Positions 1 through 14,040 of a DNA stretch of 64,000 nucleotides are shown piece after piece. The stretch comes from Octopus vulgaris (Eukaryota). The stretch's first letter is position 1; each line of letters begins with the position of its first letter. The stretch covers positions 194,060,001 through 194,124,000 of the forward strand of contig OX597815.1 in NCBI GenBank assembly GCA_951406725.2, written 5' to 3'. The notes beneath the pieces were generated by a model. That model was not told the origin of the DNA. It did no database searches and saw only the letters and a list, made by a program, of their open reading frames with translations. A program made the translations under genes and the position numbers.

Positions 1-529
1 ACATATACCTGTGAACTTATGTGGGACACAAGACCATGTACTGTCTCAGAGTTGGCACACACAGTGCCATCTTACACAGCCTGGAGAGAAATTTGCTCTC
101 ATATTGGAGTTGATGCCTATGGCACAGACTAAAAAGAAGGGGCTTGTTTGTTGGCATGACTCTCACAGTCTTCTTGCTTGGCATTTTTTTGCTATGTTGG
201 TGATGGTATATAAATATTTGGCCAGTAAACCAATTCCCTAGCAACTTGGTCTGCTGTGAGGCTCAACAGAAGAACTGAAAGTGGGAAAGTGGTATGTTAG
301 TTAATATCTGTTTGACTCATTTGTTAAATTTCATTGTGTCTGGAGAGAGTCATTCCCTTTTAGTGCCTTATTAATTTAACACACTCACCGGTCTGATTGC
401 CGCTCATTTACTTATACATTTTTACTAAAATTTTTGTTGGGTCTTGCATCCTTTTCAATAGTCATTGACCCTGTCCGTTATCGGAATTGCATTCTTTTTT
501 TCTTTTTCTTAAAGAGCTTGTGAATTCAA

Positions 530-581
<52 letters not shown>

Positions 582-1575
582 GGTGCAGGAGTGGCTGGGC
601 TGTGTGGTAAGTAGCTTGCTTACCAACCATATGGTTCTGGGTTCGGTCCCACTGCATAGCACCTTGGGCAAGTGCCTTCTACTATAGCCTCAGGTCGACT
701 AAAGCCTTGTGAGTGGATTTGGTAGACGGAAACTGAAAGAAGCCTGTCGTATATATGTATATATATGTGTGTGTGCCCCCAACATCACTTGACAACCGAT
801 GCTGATGTGTTTATGTCCCTGTAACTTAGCAGTTCTGTAAAAGAGACCGATAGAATAAGTACTAGACTTACAAAGAATAAGTCTTGGTGTTGATTTCCTC
901 AACTAAAGGCGGTGCTCTAGCATGGCTGCAGTCACATGACTGAAACCAGTAAAAGAGAGTGTATATATATATAATCATTTTAACGTCTACGCTTCCATAC
1001 TTGCATGGGTTGGACGGTGTTTATCGAGGCAGATTTTCTGTGACCAGATGCCTTTCCTCTTGTAAACTCAGACCTGTTCCCAAACACGGTATTATTTCCT
1101 TAGAGCCAGATGTGTTTTTCCAGAAGATTGGAAGTGAATGACACTGACCGTATAACAGTGACAATCATTTACAACTATCACACAGTATCAAGACAAGAAT
1201 AAGCAAACATGCAAGGGCTCGCATGTAATATGCCTCTTTCGGGTTTTTGCCTACTTTGATCAGATTGGGGCTGTAGTAAAAAACACCTGCTCAAGTTATC
1301 ATGTTGTGCACTGTACCTAGAACCACGTGGTTGGGAAGCAAACCTATTAACAGCCATGCCTGCACCTATATATATGTATCATCATCATCATCATCATCAT
1401 CATTTAGCGTCCGTTTTCCATGCTAGCATGGGTTGGACGGTTCAACAGGGGTCTGGGGAGCCCGAAGGCTGCACCAGGCCAGTCAGATCTGGCAGTGTTT
1501 CTACAGCTGGATGCCCTTCCTAACGCCAACCACTCCGAGAGTGTAGTGGGTGATTTTATGTGCCACCGACACAGG

Positions 1576-1621
<46 letters not shown>

Positions 1622-2858
1622 GTTTCTTTACTACCCACAAGGGGCTAAACATAGAGAGGACAAACAAGGACAGACAAACGGATTAAGTCGATTACATCGA
1701 CCCCAGTGCATAACTGGTACTTCATTTATCGACCCTGAAAGGATAAAAGGCAAAGCTGACCTTGGCGGAATTTGAACTCAGAACGTAGCGGCAGACGAAA
1801 TACCGCAAAGCATTTCGCCCGGCGGGCTAATGATTCTGCCAGCTCGCATATATATATATATATATCATCATCATCATCATCATCGTTTAACGTCCGTTTT
1901 CCATGCTAGCATGGGTTGGATGGTTTGACCGGGGTCTGGGAAGCCAGGAGGATCTGGCAGTGTTTCTACAGCTGGATGCCCTTCCTAATGCCGACCACTC
2001 CGTGAGTGTAGTGGGTGCTTTTTTACGTGCCACCGGCACAGGTGCTAGGGGAGGCTGGCAAACGGCCACGATCGGTTTGTGCTTTTTACATGTCACCGAC
2101 ACGGACACCAGTCAGGTCGGTGACACGTAAAAAGCACCAACCGATCGTATATGTGTGTGTGTGTGTGTGTGATAATTGTGTCACGTTTGATTATTGTATC
2201 GTACAATATTGACCTTAGTACATCTGTTGCATGCAATCTTTGACATTCAGAAGCTTTTTTATTTTTTTTCAACAGTCTAGCTGTTACATTGAACTTTGTG
2301 TCTACCTTAAATAGGTCCAGCCACATACAGCACACAAACCAAACACGGTAATATTAGCATAACAATGACAGCACATCTCTTCAGGAAACAAATTGGATTA
2401 ATACCTGTCAATATTTAAAAACTGTCTAACACAGTGTGTTGTGTTTATTTCTGTGTCGGTTGTCAAATCACAATCTTTAATAACAGAGTATGTAATGTAA
2501 TCCAAAGCCGGAGGAACTGGCTGTGTGTGGCTTGTTTACTATAAATATTTGATCGGCAAGAGCTAATATTACCCTATTCACCTTTAATAATCACAATTTT
2601 TATTATACCTGCTGGTGATATATATGTAACCTATTGCAGATCATCATTTCTTCTTTGTTGATATCAAACTGGAGATGGACTAAGAACTTTTCCTGTGAAA
2701 GATATTGTTTGTTAATTTAAAAGCTTGTGCTTCAATTATGTCTAAATACAACCTTTGCATGGTAAATATGCTTTTAAACTTTTTTGTTACTGTGACATAT
2801 CTGGGAACAAGAACTGACCCAGACTTTCATAATTTTGTTTAACACAGGTTGTTTTTAA

Positions 2859-3079
2859 CCCTTTCGTTACTGTATTTATTTTGAGATGCTCTGTGTTTTT
2901 TTTTTTTCAATTACTTTAAATATAACAAAGAATTGAATAAAATAACTTAAAGTATCATTCAGCTAGTGTTAGGAGCATTAATTGTGACTTAAGTTTTGGT
3001 GGGAGATTTTAAGTTATGAAAACAAGACATTTATACTACAGAGCCAGAGCAGGTTTTAGCCAGGTTGGTAACGAAAGGG
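2859..3079. mobile_element. piggyBac-like MITE (family P1)
   Basis: TTAA|CCCTTTCGTTAC ... GTAACGAAAGGG|TTAA terminal inverted repeats with TTAA duplication. Confidence 0.85.
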
Positions 3080-3834
3080 TTAAGATAGTAAAGGGTGTGT
3101 TCTGAAAGAGATTTTCTGCTATTTTCAGCTATAGTGGATGTAATTTAGTTTGCTACTATCAGTAATATAAGTAAACAAAAATCATCATAAGCTTTAAGTT
3201 AATTAGAAATAATTATGTAATGAAAGCTATTGCTGGTGGTATAGCAACAACAAATTATTCTTCATATAAAGCACAGAGCTGAACAGCTTCCATTTTTAGG
3301 TCAGGAATTCTTGTTTTTTTGTTTTGTTTTTTATTTTATTTTATTTTTCTTAGTTTTCTGTCTTTTATAAAACTTTTAAAACGTGAAAAATGTTCTGAAT
3401 TGCTCTGTTGCTTGCTAGCATTAAGCAAAAGGCCAGCACACATTTTAGGAGTGGGTATGGTCAATAAAATCTTGATCTAGTATTTGACTGGCACTTTTTA
3501 TAGCTTTACAAGGAAGGAAGCTAAGGTGGCCTCTGTGGGATTTGAACTCAGAATGTAAAAGGTTGTAACTAAATACTACAAAACATTTTGTCTGCTGCTC
3601 TTATAACTCTGTGCCCAGCCATCAATGACCAGTCTTTTCATAATGGTACAAGCTATTTCTTGAATTCTGTTATTGGCTTCAGTCATTGGACTGTGGTTTT
3701 GCTTGGCCATCACCTTCAAGGGCTTTTAATGGATTATTTCAACCCCAGCACTTTTTTTTTTGGTACTTATAAACAACCACTTTAAAATTAAATTTTAAAT
3801 AAGACATTAAATGTAATTGAAATTATTTTAGAAA

Positions 3835-4255
3835 GAGCGCAGGAGTGGCTGTGTGGTAAGTAGCCTGCTTACCAACAACATGGTTCCAGGTTCATTCCCA
3901 CTGCGTGGCACCTTGGGTAAGTGTCTTCTACTATAGCCTCGGGCCGACCAAAGCCTTGTGAGCGGATTTGGTAGACGGAAACTGAAAGAAGCCCGTCGTA
4001 TATATTTACATATATATATATATGTGTGTGTGTGTATGTGTGTATATGTTTGTGTGTCTGTGTTTGTCCCCACCAACATCGCTTGACAACTGATGGTGGT
4101 GTGTTTACGTCCCCGTAACTTAGCAGTTCAGCAAAAGAGACCGATAGAATAAGTACTAGGCTTACAAAGAATAAGTCCTGGGGTCGATTTGCTCGACTAA
4201 AGGCGGTGCTCCAGCTTGGCTGCAGTCAAATGAGTGAAACAAATAAAAGAGAGAA
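3835..4255 (+). mobile_element. tRNA-derived SINE 'family A' (representative). Other copies, approximate: 580-960+, 4775-4960+, 10722-11128-, 12428-12850+, 17130-17300+, 19310-19707-, 27000-27385-, 36195-36585+, 39040-39580+, 42092-42915-, 44643-45040-, 51550-51960+, 60050-60460+
   Basis: Head ggagtggctgtgtggtaag...ggttca(g/t)tccc (A and B boxes), ccttggg(c/t)aagt core, internal (TA)n/(TG)n and an A-rich aaagag tail; repeated throughout. Confidence 0.9.
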
Positions 4256-6477
4256 TTTATTCATATAATAATTTATCATTTTGAAAATAGTGGTTACCAT
4301 TTTGTAGAACTTCAAAATTTTGTGAAACTTCAGAATTTTTTCCAGGGCACCTCCAGAGCTCATTGTGTATAAAACCTTGCTGTAGTGCATATATGTCCTT
4401 TATAAAGTGTTAGTGAGTATTTATGTCTAAAGTAGGGCAACAGCTCTAGATGTGTAAGCTGTACTGTAGTGTGGAACAGCAACTCCTGACATGTGAGCTG
4501 TACTTATAATGTAGAACATGTGTGTCCTTTAAAAAGAGTAAGCAGTTATTCATGTTCAAGGTACTTAGTCCTACCATGAGTTAAAAAACAACCCCTGGAG
4601 TATAATTTTGACTATGCATAAGTTGTGAAGGTCTTTTTCAACACAATCAGTGACTGTTTAACACCTGTCTTGAGTGCTTACATTTATTACACACCTGTTT
4701 CAAAATTTTTGTACATAGCAATCTATATAATGTTTCAAAATCTACGCTTTGTATGCAAAAAAAAAAAGTGATAGGCTTAGGAGTGGCTGTGTGGATAGTA
4801 GCTTGCTTACAAACCACATGGTTCTGGGTTCAGTCCCACTGTGTGGCACCTTGGGCAAGTGTCTTCTACTATAGCCTCGGGCCAACCAAAGCTTTGTGAG
4901 TGGATTTGGTAGACGGAAACTGAAAGAAGCCCGTCATATATATGTATATGTATGTATTATATAATAATAATAATAATAATGATAATAACAACATCGAAAA
5001 ATACCTTAGGAATGACAACTGTACCTCTTCTTGATGTCTCCAGTTTTTTCAATATTATATATATATTAAATTACAAATTAAAATCAGCTCTTGTGATGTA
5101 AGCATTATTGGTCGTACGTGTAGGTGTTTTGTTTAAATGCCCATTTGCTGCAGGATAGCATCTGGGGAAAGCTCCCTAGTTGTAAGTGACTATCATTGTC
5201 ATACAAGCTGTGTCATTATATATTGAATATTCTGTGAGAACAAGGCAGTGAGCTGGCAGAAACGTTAGCATGCCGGGCAAAAGCTTAGCAGTATTTTGTC
5301 TGCCACTACGTTTTGAGTTCAAATTCCACCAAGGTCGACTTCACCTTTCATCCTTTTGGGATCGATTAAATAAGTACCATTTACGCACTGGGGTTGATAT
5401 AATCAACTTAATCCGTTTGTCTGTCCTTGTTTGTCCTCTCTGTGTTTAGCCCCTTGTGGGTAGTAAAGAAATAGGTATTTTGTCTGCTGGTACATTCTGA
5501 GTTCAAATTCTGCCTAGGTCGACTTTGCCTGTCATCCTTTTGAAGTTGCTAAATTAAGTACCAGTTGCGTACTGGGATCGTTGCAAATAACTGGCCCCTT
5601 CTCCAAAATTTTGCACCTTGTGCCTAGAGTAGAAGAGAATATTCTGTGAGAATATGTCTGACTAAGGGGAAATATTATCTTTCATGGGAATTGGAGAGGA
5701 TCAGTGACAGGAAGAGCACCTGGGCATAGAAAATCTGCATCAATATACACTAGCTGACCCATAATAAAAATAATAATAATAATGAAATTATTGTATACAG
5801 TGCTCAGGTGCACCACAACTTGTCAGAAAGTGCATATAAAGTACATGCAGTAATGTACAAATGTCTGGGAAGTGAACAGTGTATGAGTCAGATACATGGC
5901 AAACATAGAAAAGTAAATGTTCAAACAATGACGGCAATGATGATAAGTGAGTTTTTTATTTAAGATGGCACGGTATAAATTAGGAAGATTTGGCTGCTAT
6001 TTCTAGCAAGTCTTACTGACTCGTGTCCTCTAGGTCACTGTTTATGGAAGTAGTGTTTGAACTGTATTCAGTTGTTCTTACCATTAAATCAGAATGTATT
6101 CTTTTAAATATATTCAGCATTGGTGACAGCTGGTCGACTTTTTGAATTTGTTTTGTTAAGTTGTTTTCTCTCAGTATTGAATATTTGATTTAGCATTATA
6201 AACTGCTCAAATTGCATTACATTAAGTGTAAACATGAATTTGTTATCCTCAAGTGTGTGTGTGTTTTACTAAAAATAGAAGCTAGGCTTTGTCTTTCTCC
6301 AAAAATCAGATTGCAATCCGTTGAAGTGTATGTGTGTGACAAGCAGTTCGTCAGCACCTAACTAAATTATCTAAATTCATGGCTTTGTCCCACTTGAGTT
6401 ATTGTATGTATGTGTGTATATATACATATATGTATATACATATATGTATGTGTGTGTGTATATGTGTATATGTATAA

Positions 6478-6737
6478 AATAAAATAAATGTGCCCCTTTT
6501 AAAGCCTAGCCAGGTTCATGGGCTCGGTTTCCCGGTTTCTATGGCATATGTGTTCCTGGGCTGGATGGGACGCCAGTCCATCGCAGCGTTACTCATTTTT
6601 GCCAGCTGAGTGGACTGGAGCAACGTGAAATGAAATGTTTTGCTCAAGAACACAACGCGTCGCCCAGTCCAGGAATCAAAACCACAATCTTACGATCATG
6701 GTGCTGACATCCTAACCACTAAGCCATGCACCTCCAC
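6478..6737 (-). mobile_element. tRNA-derived SINE with V-domain-like core; second copy at about 47478-47732 (-)
   Basis: Minus strand: ggcttagtggttagg A-box, B-box-like, gttgtgttcttgagcaaaac, then tgcgatggactggcgtcccatccag, which resembles the V-SINE domain as I recall it. Confidence 0.75.
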
Positions 6738-6845
6738 AATTGATAGAAATGGCAAGACAACAGAAAAATGAAAGAGACCTCGATATTATGTAAATAGAGG
6801 AATTTATCTGTAAACATAATATGTGACAATTATTTGGTAGCCATT

Positions 6846-6905
6846 ATAAAACTCTGAGTTTCGGATGTCGGAGCAGAAACCCACGCCGGTATCTCTTCAG
6901 TTATC
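6846..6905 (-). ncRNA. Type I hammerhead ribozyme-like motif
   Basis: Minus strand reads GAUAA CUGAAGA GAUACCGG...CCGACAUCC GAA ACUC a GAGU U UUAU: full core, stem III ACUC/GAGU, GUU triplet, stem I AUAA/UUAU. Confidence 0.65.
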
Positions 6906-7140
6906 GGGCCATCGAAAAAATTCCTCTATTTACATAATATCGAGGTCTCCTTCATTCTTTTTTTGTTTTGCCATTTCTATCAATAAGTTACCTCCCGTAC
7001 ACCGCTGTTTTTCCGTAAGGGCTAATACAGCTTATTTTGGAAAATCACCAGAAATTGGTTGAGGACTCTGCCCCACAGAAGAATTCAATACAGAGGCCTA
7101 TTACATCGATTATTCTATAGAATTTTTTTTTTGATGGCCC

Positions 7141-7201
7141 AATAACTGAGGAGATGCCAGTGTGGGATTTCACCCTGACATCCGAAACTCGGAGTTTTAT
7201 C
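7141..7201 (+). ncRNA. Type I hammerhead ribozyme-like motif
   Basis: AUAA CUGAGGA GAUGCCAG...CUGACAUCC GAA ACUC g GAGU U UUAU: full core, all three stems can form. Confidence 0.68.
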
Positions 7202-7233
7202 ATGGCTACCGAATAATTGTCACATATTATATT

Positions 7234-7264
<31 letters not shown>

Positions 7265-10200
7265 CATCATCACTGTTTAACATCCGCTTTCCATGCTAGC
7301 ATAGGTTTGACGATTTGACTGAGGTCTGGTGAACCAGATGGCTGCACCAGACTCCAATCTGATCTGGCAGTGTTTCTACTGCTGGATGCTCTTCCTAATG
7401 CCAACCACTCCGAGAGTGTAGTGGGGGCTTTTATATATACACATACACATCATTTGAACACAGCCATATGTGTGTGTACATGTGTGTGAGCACACTCGCA
7501 GATGTTTCCCACCTAATTAGTATGTACAAAGAACTAGCTAAGGTCAATAACTTAAGTTGGACAGTGGCATGAATTTACATAATTGAGTTAGATGCTGATG
7601 TACTGCATGCCACACACACACACACACACCTTACTAGATTGCAAACTGGCTCTCGGAGAAAGAAGACAAAAACCTAGCTTCTGTTGTTAGTAAAATCTCA
7701 GAGAAAAAAAAAAAGAAGAGAATTTCAAGAAATTCAGAAATAATTTAATAGAAAATTGAATTTTTATACCTAATAGAAAAATTTGATCTTTATTAAGAAG
7801 TTTATTTTTCAGCCACATGGTTCTGGGTTCAGTCCTACTGTGTGGGATCTTGGTCAAATGTCTTCTAATGTAGCTCTAAAACGACCACTAACAAAGCAGT
7901 ATCCCACCTATGAGGGATTGATGCTAGCTGTGTTTAAACGGTTGTATTGATCAATAAAGACACTCTTGTATTCCATCTTCCATTTCTCTCATAATTACAT
8001 ACCCAACGAACACTGAGCTAATGAACATGCTTCACTGGCAAACTACCAGCTGAATGATAAATATGATATATGCATCATTTTGATAAATATGGTATATCTA
8101 TCTTGTTACACTGCAAATCTGTTTTGATAAGTAATGTACTTACAAGCAGAAAGATAGTTATAAAGATAAGTCGTTTTGAATAGTGCAACTTGGACTAGAT
8201 AGAGTTATAAATAATCATCATCATCATCGTTTAACGTCTGATTTCCATGCTAGCGTGGGTTGGACGATTTGACTGAGGACTGGCGAACCAGACTCGAATC
8301 TGATTTGGCAGAGTTTCTATAGCTGGATGCCCTTCCTAATGCCAACCACTCCGAGAGTGTAGTGGGTGCTTTTACATGCCACCGGCACGAGGGCTAGTTT
8401 GGTGGTACTGGCATAATCTTTTCTATTATTGGAACGTGGTCTGAAATTTTGTGGGGCGGTACTAGTCTTTATATCAACCCCAGTGCTCAGCTGGTACTTA
8501 TTTTATTAACCCCTCCACCACCACATGGATGAAAGGCAAAGTCAACCTCAGTCACATTTGAACTCAGAACGTAAATGTTAGGTTAAAAAAAAAAATCCCT
8601 TGTGTGGAAAAAAGTTGTAGGCTGTCCCCTAAGATTCTTTTGTCCAGCATAATTTGCATAATGACAAAAATTGTGTTAAGGGAAATAACTCAAATGGGTC
8701 AGTAGCACGAATTAAGATAATTCAGGGTTGACTTTGACTTTATCGAAGTCAAACTCAGTGACTGGCATCCGTTGCTAGTGGAGCGCTAAGAGTACCATAC
8801 GAGTGAGATCATTGCCAGAGCAACAAGCTGGCCTTCGTGCTGATGGCACATTAAAAACACCATTTGAGCGTGATCGTTACCTGCGTTACCTTACTAGCAC
8901 TTGTGCTGGGGGCATGTGAAAAAAACATTCGAGTGAGGTCGTTGCCAGTGCTGCTGGACTGGCTCCTGTGCAGGTGGCACATAAAAAGCACCATTTGGGC
9001 GTAGCTGTTGCCAGTACCACCAAACTGGCCCTCGTGCCGGTGGCACATAAAAGCACCCACTACACTGTTGGAGTGGTTGGTGTTAGGAAGGGCATCCAGC
9101 TGTAGAAACTCTGCCAGATCAGATTGGAGTCTAGTTCGTCAGTCCCCAGTCAAATCGTCCAATCCATGCTAGCATGGAAAGCGGACGTTAAATGATAATA
9201 ATGATGATGATGATGATGAAGGTTGGTGGTGTTCTATTGAATGATGCTCCCAATTATAAAAAAAAATCATTAGGGACTGTGTATGTTGTTCAGTATATAA
9301 CCACCTATATAAATTTTCTAATTAGGTCTTAGGTTGTCATGAGCCTTCAAGCCCATTAGGCCAGTGTTTATCTTGACTTCAATGGTATACAAGAGACCAA
9401 GAATACAATTCTTCCCTCTGCATAGGATTCTACTCTGGTACAGGATTAATCTCTGGCTGTTGCTGGTAGTGATTGCCAACTGGTTGTACTGGATCGATGT
9501 GAAATGAAGTGTTTTGCTTACAATTCCACTGCCCAGTCTGGGAATCGATACTGTGATGCTTTTGATTATTAGCAGGTGAAGTGTTGAGTATGGACATATT
9601 TCAGTGTTGCTAGACTGCAAACCTGCTTTCATCATCATCATCATCATTATCCAGTGTTTTAAATCCGGGTTTTGTCCCTGTTACCAGAGGTGGCCAGATC
9701 TACCTCAACTAAAATCTCATAGGTAGGTAGGTGCAGCCCACCCCAACCTTTGGGCTGGTTGGCGCCCTTTCTCCTTTGCTATCATGAAACATTTTTGGAG
9801 CTGGATTTTCTATGGGGAGCATGCCCTTGCCTACTCTCAACCTCAGTTTCTAGACATGAGTGGTCCTGAGACCAAAGCCTCTGCCAAGATTTATAAGAAA
9901 TGTAGTAAAAAACTCGCTCAAGAAGGCAGGGACGCTACTCCCTGAGACCCCTTTCAGAGCCCCCCTACCTACTTTGATAAATGGAAATAGATGGTTACAA
10001 GTAGAAAAATAGTTACAAATAATTTTTTTGTCCAATATAATTTGCATAATGGCAAAAATTGAATACCACCCCGGGTGAATGCTGTCTCCAGACAAGAAGA
10101 CAAGAAATAGGAAAGGCATCTGACTGTAGAAAATCTGCCTCAGTAAATTCCATCCAGCTCCTGCAAGCATGGGGAAGTGGAAATTATAACAACAATGTTG

Positions 10201-11239
10201 ATGATTTCAGTGAGTAATTACTAACTGACTAACTGGTGGTGAGCTAGTGCAATATTTTTCATGAGAGTGTGTGGATGTGTGTAGGGGTTGTGAGTATTCA
10301 AAAGTGGGCAGGTAACTTGCTGTGTTTTATGAAATTATGATAGTTTCCAACTTGTCCACTAGCATGGGTGGGGGTGGGGGGGGGAATGCAAAAACTATAT
10401 GGATGCAAGCTTTTGCCTTCTCATTAATAATAGGGAAGGAGTGGAGTATTTTTCTTTCGTTTTTGTGGGGGCTGGTGCTTGTTCTTTCGGAGGCCACTGA
10501 ACTCGTGTGTGTACGTGTTGTGTATGGTAACGTAATTTCACATTGTATCTGAAAAATCGTGTCATGCATTCTTGTTTGTAAATGAATAGGTCGAGTGATT
10601 GTTTCTGTATAATTAAGAGGATCATATATGAATTGAGATAGAAAACTATTTTTGTAAAATACTGGCTGACTTCTCGAGGTTGTTGTTGAGTCCCAGGTTA
10701 GCCCTGATGTAGCAGACTCGGTATACTCTTTTACTTGTTTCAGTCATTTGACTGCGGCAATGCTGGAGCACCGCCTTTAATCGAGCAACTCGACCCCGGG
10801 ACTTATTCTTTTGTAAGCCCAGTACTTATTCTATCAGTCTCTTTTGCCGAACCGCTAAGTAACGGGGACATAAGCACACCAGCATCGGTTGTCAAGCAAT
10901 GTTGGGGGGACAAACACAGACACACAAACATACACACACACACATATATATATCCATATATACGACGGGCTTCTTTCAGGTTCCGTCTACCAAATCCACT
11001 CACAAGGCATTGGTCGGCCCGGGGCTATAGCAGAAGACACTTGCCCAAGGAGCCACGCAGTGGGACTGAACCCGGAACCATGTGGTTGGTTAGTAAGCTA
11101 CTTACCACACAGCCACTCCTGTGCCTATGATCAAATTTTTTTTTTTTTTTCGGTTGTGGCCATTATGTCTTTTTTTTAAAAATCAGACAGTGTATCAAAT
11201 ACTTCATTATTGAGTATGCCCTCCCTTGCTTCTTTTAAG

Positions 11240-11612
11240 ATGGCTTGAGAGGCAGTTGGATGGAACTTACACTCGCCTCCTTATGAGAGCTCAAAATCTC
11301 TCGTGGAAGCGCCATCCAACCAAAGTACAAATATATGGGCAACTACCACCTGTATCATCTCTTGTGAAAGGTAGAAGAATCCAGTTTGCTGGGCATTGTT
11401 GTAGAGCTGAAAACGAGGTAATTTCTACTCTTCTCCTCTGGAAGCCATCTACTCGTGATACCAGAGGGCGCACACTCTCCTACCCTGATGTAATCTCCAG
11501 GGATACAGGCATCCAGCAACAGCACCTCTGTAATGCAATGATGGACCGTGAAGTCTGGCGTAACATAGTAAATTCCATTGTCTCGACCACGCTCAAACAA
11601 TTATGATGAAGA
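11240..11612 (+). mobile_element. RTE-clade LINE 3' fragment
   Basis: ORF 11226..11606 encodes LDGTYTRLL...RRIQFAGHCCRAENE...MMDREVWR (post-RT region of non-LTR elements); short (gat)n tail. Confidence 0.85.
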
Positions 11613-12603
11613 TGGTGAGGATGTGATTTGAGAGAGATTTGATTACCATTTATAGCAGGTTGAACAACTATGAAGAGGCTTCCTCAGTGACTTATATTTT
11701 TGGAAGTGTTATGCCCAAGTGAATAAGGAATTAGGCTACTGATTCATAGGTCTTTGAGTTCAAAGCTCTTGTGGGTATTTTCATTGCTCCTGTTAGAATC
11801 CCTTTTGATACCAACCCCCTTGAATCTGCTCCTGGTTCTATGAAACAAGCTCCCTGTTTTAAAATTATCTAAACATCATCATTATCGTTTAATGTCCATT
11901 CTCCATGCTACCATGGGTTGGACGGTTCGACCAGGGTCTGGGAAGCCAGGAGGCTGCACCAGGCTCCAGTCTGATCTGGCAGTGTTTCTACAACTGGATG
12001 CCCTTCCTAATGCCAACCACTCCATGAGTGTAGTGGGTGCTTTTTACGTGCCAACGGCACAGGGGCCAGAGGAGACTGGCAAATGGCCACGATTAGTTGG
12101 TGCTTTTACATGTTCATCAAAATTTCATGCTTATTTATAACAAAGTTATTTTACTAAATTCTTTGTTTATTTCAAAATTAGTTGAAATGAAAGCAATTCG
12201 TTTCAACAGAAATATGGCAACAAAAGGTTTAGGTTTGATCTGTCACAACTCCTCTGTCACTCCTATCATAGAGAATTGGTGTCTGTTTTTTCTTGTGAAT
12301 ATTTACCAGGAACAGGTTTGTTTTCTCAACCACCTTGGATTTTAGTATGCTGTTTTATGCAATTTGTAGAAAGATTAAAAACTAAAATAATTTTTTGAAA
12401 AAAAATTATTTTAGTTAATTTAAATAGCCAGGAGTGGCTACATGGTAAGTAGCTTGCTTACCAACTACATGGTCATGGGTTCAGTCTCACTGCGTGGCAT
12501 TTTGGGCAAGTGTCTTCTACTATAGCCTCAGGCCGACCAAAGCCTTGTGAGTGGATTTGGTAGACGGAAACTGAAAGAAGCCCGTCGTATATGTATATAT
12601 TTG

Positions 12604-12636
<33 letters not shown>

Positions 12637-13438
12637 CATTGTGTGTCTGTGTTTGTCCCCCCAACATCACTTGACAACTGATGCTGGTGTGTTAACATCC
12701 CCATAAATTAGCGGTTTGGCAAAAGAGACCGATAGAATAAGTACTGGGCTTACAAAGAATAAGTCCTGGGGTCAATTTGCTCGACTAAAGGCGGTGCTCT
12801 AGCATGGCCGCAGTCAAATGACTGAAACAAGTAAAAGAATAAAAGAATAAATTCTCATTTCTTGTCATCATTCACACCTTTATTTCATCTTTGACGATCC
12901 TGCCATTTTTCTTCTTTTCCATGGTTTAGTTAGGAGGAAGGAGCAGTGTTCCCTACCTTCACAACCCTGTCCCCCACTCAAGTTTTTGCTATATTTGGAG
13001 TAATGTCTTATATACCAGGATAATGAGAGTGGGGTACATTGTATCTGGGCCTAAGAACTATCTGGGTTTACAGAAAATATTTGTACATTTTGGAAGACAT
13101 TTCAGGAAGAAAGGCCTCCAAAAGAAACTTTGAAATTTTAGTAGAATTCTTCTCAGAGGGCCTGCACACACAAACACACACACATTTCATATGTATCTTA
13201 TTAAACTTGAATTCATCCATTTTTTCTTGTGAATTTTAAGAAAATAATGTTAACAAAATAATGTTCATACATTTTTCAATAAGATTTTTTACTTTTTTAC
13301 AACTTTCTATTTGTTTTTTTTGTTTTTTTTTAAATGAAATTTGTTCCTTCTGTTTTCAAATTTAATAATAACCATTGTTACACACAGTTCTGTTCCTGAA
13401 GCTTATTTCTGACAACTACTCCATCTAACGACATCATC

Positions 13439-13498
13439 ATGTCTTGGGTTATGCACAAGCTGCAAAGACGGTTGTGGCAGCGTTCCAAACAAATCGAG
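13439..13498 (+). CDS. Candidate alternative first coding exon MSWVMHKLQRRLWQRSKQIE
   Basis: atcATG start, 20 open codons and a GAG|gtaatc donor in phase 0 that fits the exon at 20839; non-repetitive context; no homology support. Confidence 0.35.
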
Positions 13499-13895
13499 GT
13501 AATCCTGTATTGGCACCATAGCTGCCTTTTACTGTTTGTTGGAAAAGAACCAAGCTAGCAGCACACACTGCATTTGTTTGCACATCCCTTTCACCAGGTT
13601 GTCAAATACCAAAATATGATCCCTCGAAGCACTCTGAAATTTAATAGCTGGACATCAAGAACTTTGAATCTCATTGTTGTTTGTCTCCTGTATCCCGACA
13701 CAATTCTCCATTCACAATTCAAATTGCAAATTTCTATTTTCCCCCTTTTTCATTGTGTTAAAATTATGAACTCTTTACTCATTATATTTCTAATGAATTG
13801 TTGTTGTTGTTGCTGATGCTGTTTGTCATTTAGCCCCAGGTCAAATGATTGCACAGACATTTAATCAGAGATGTTAAAATATTTAAGGTATAAAT

Positions 13896-14040
13896 CAGTG
13901 ATTCTCAACCGGGGTCCATATGGCCCCTGAGGGTCCATATAAGTTTCTTGGGGGTCCACACAACAAAGTAGTTTACTGGGGATCCACAACAGTATTTTAA
14001 GGGCCTCTGCAAACATTTTGCTTTAGATGTGTGTATTGGT
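13896..14040 (+). mobile_element. hAT-like element 5' end
   Basis: Starts CAGTGATTCTCAACC followed by repeated ggggtcca subterminal motifs; matching right end not located. Confidence 0.5.

Larger units (their letters stand above)
6738..7237. mobile_element. Fold-back element with nested inversions and two hammerhead motifs (Penelope-like terminal repeat remnant)
   Basis: About 6738-6805 is the reverse complement of about 6918-6983; about 6815-6915 is the reverse complement of about 7128-7232. Confidence 0.7.

Noticed and set aside
2738-2761. ATG TCT AAA TAC AAC CTT TGC ATG|gtaaat as the first coding exon
   Set aside because: Phase-compatible but only 8 codons, with no convincing similarity to the expected N-terminus; likely by chance.
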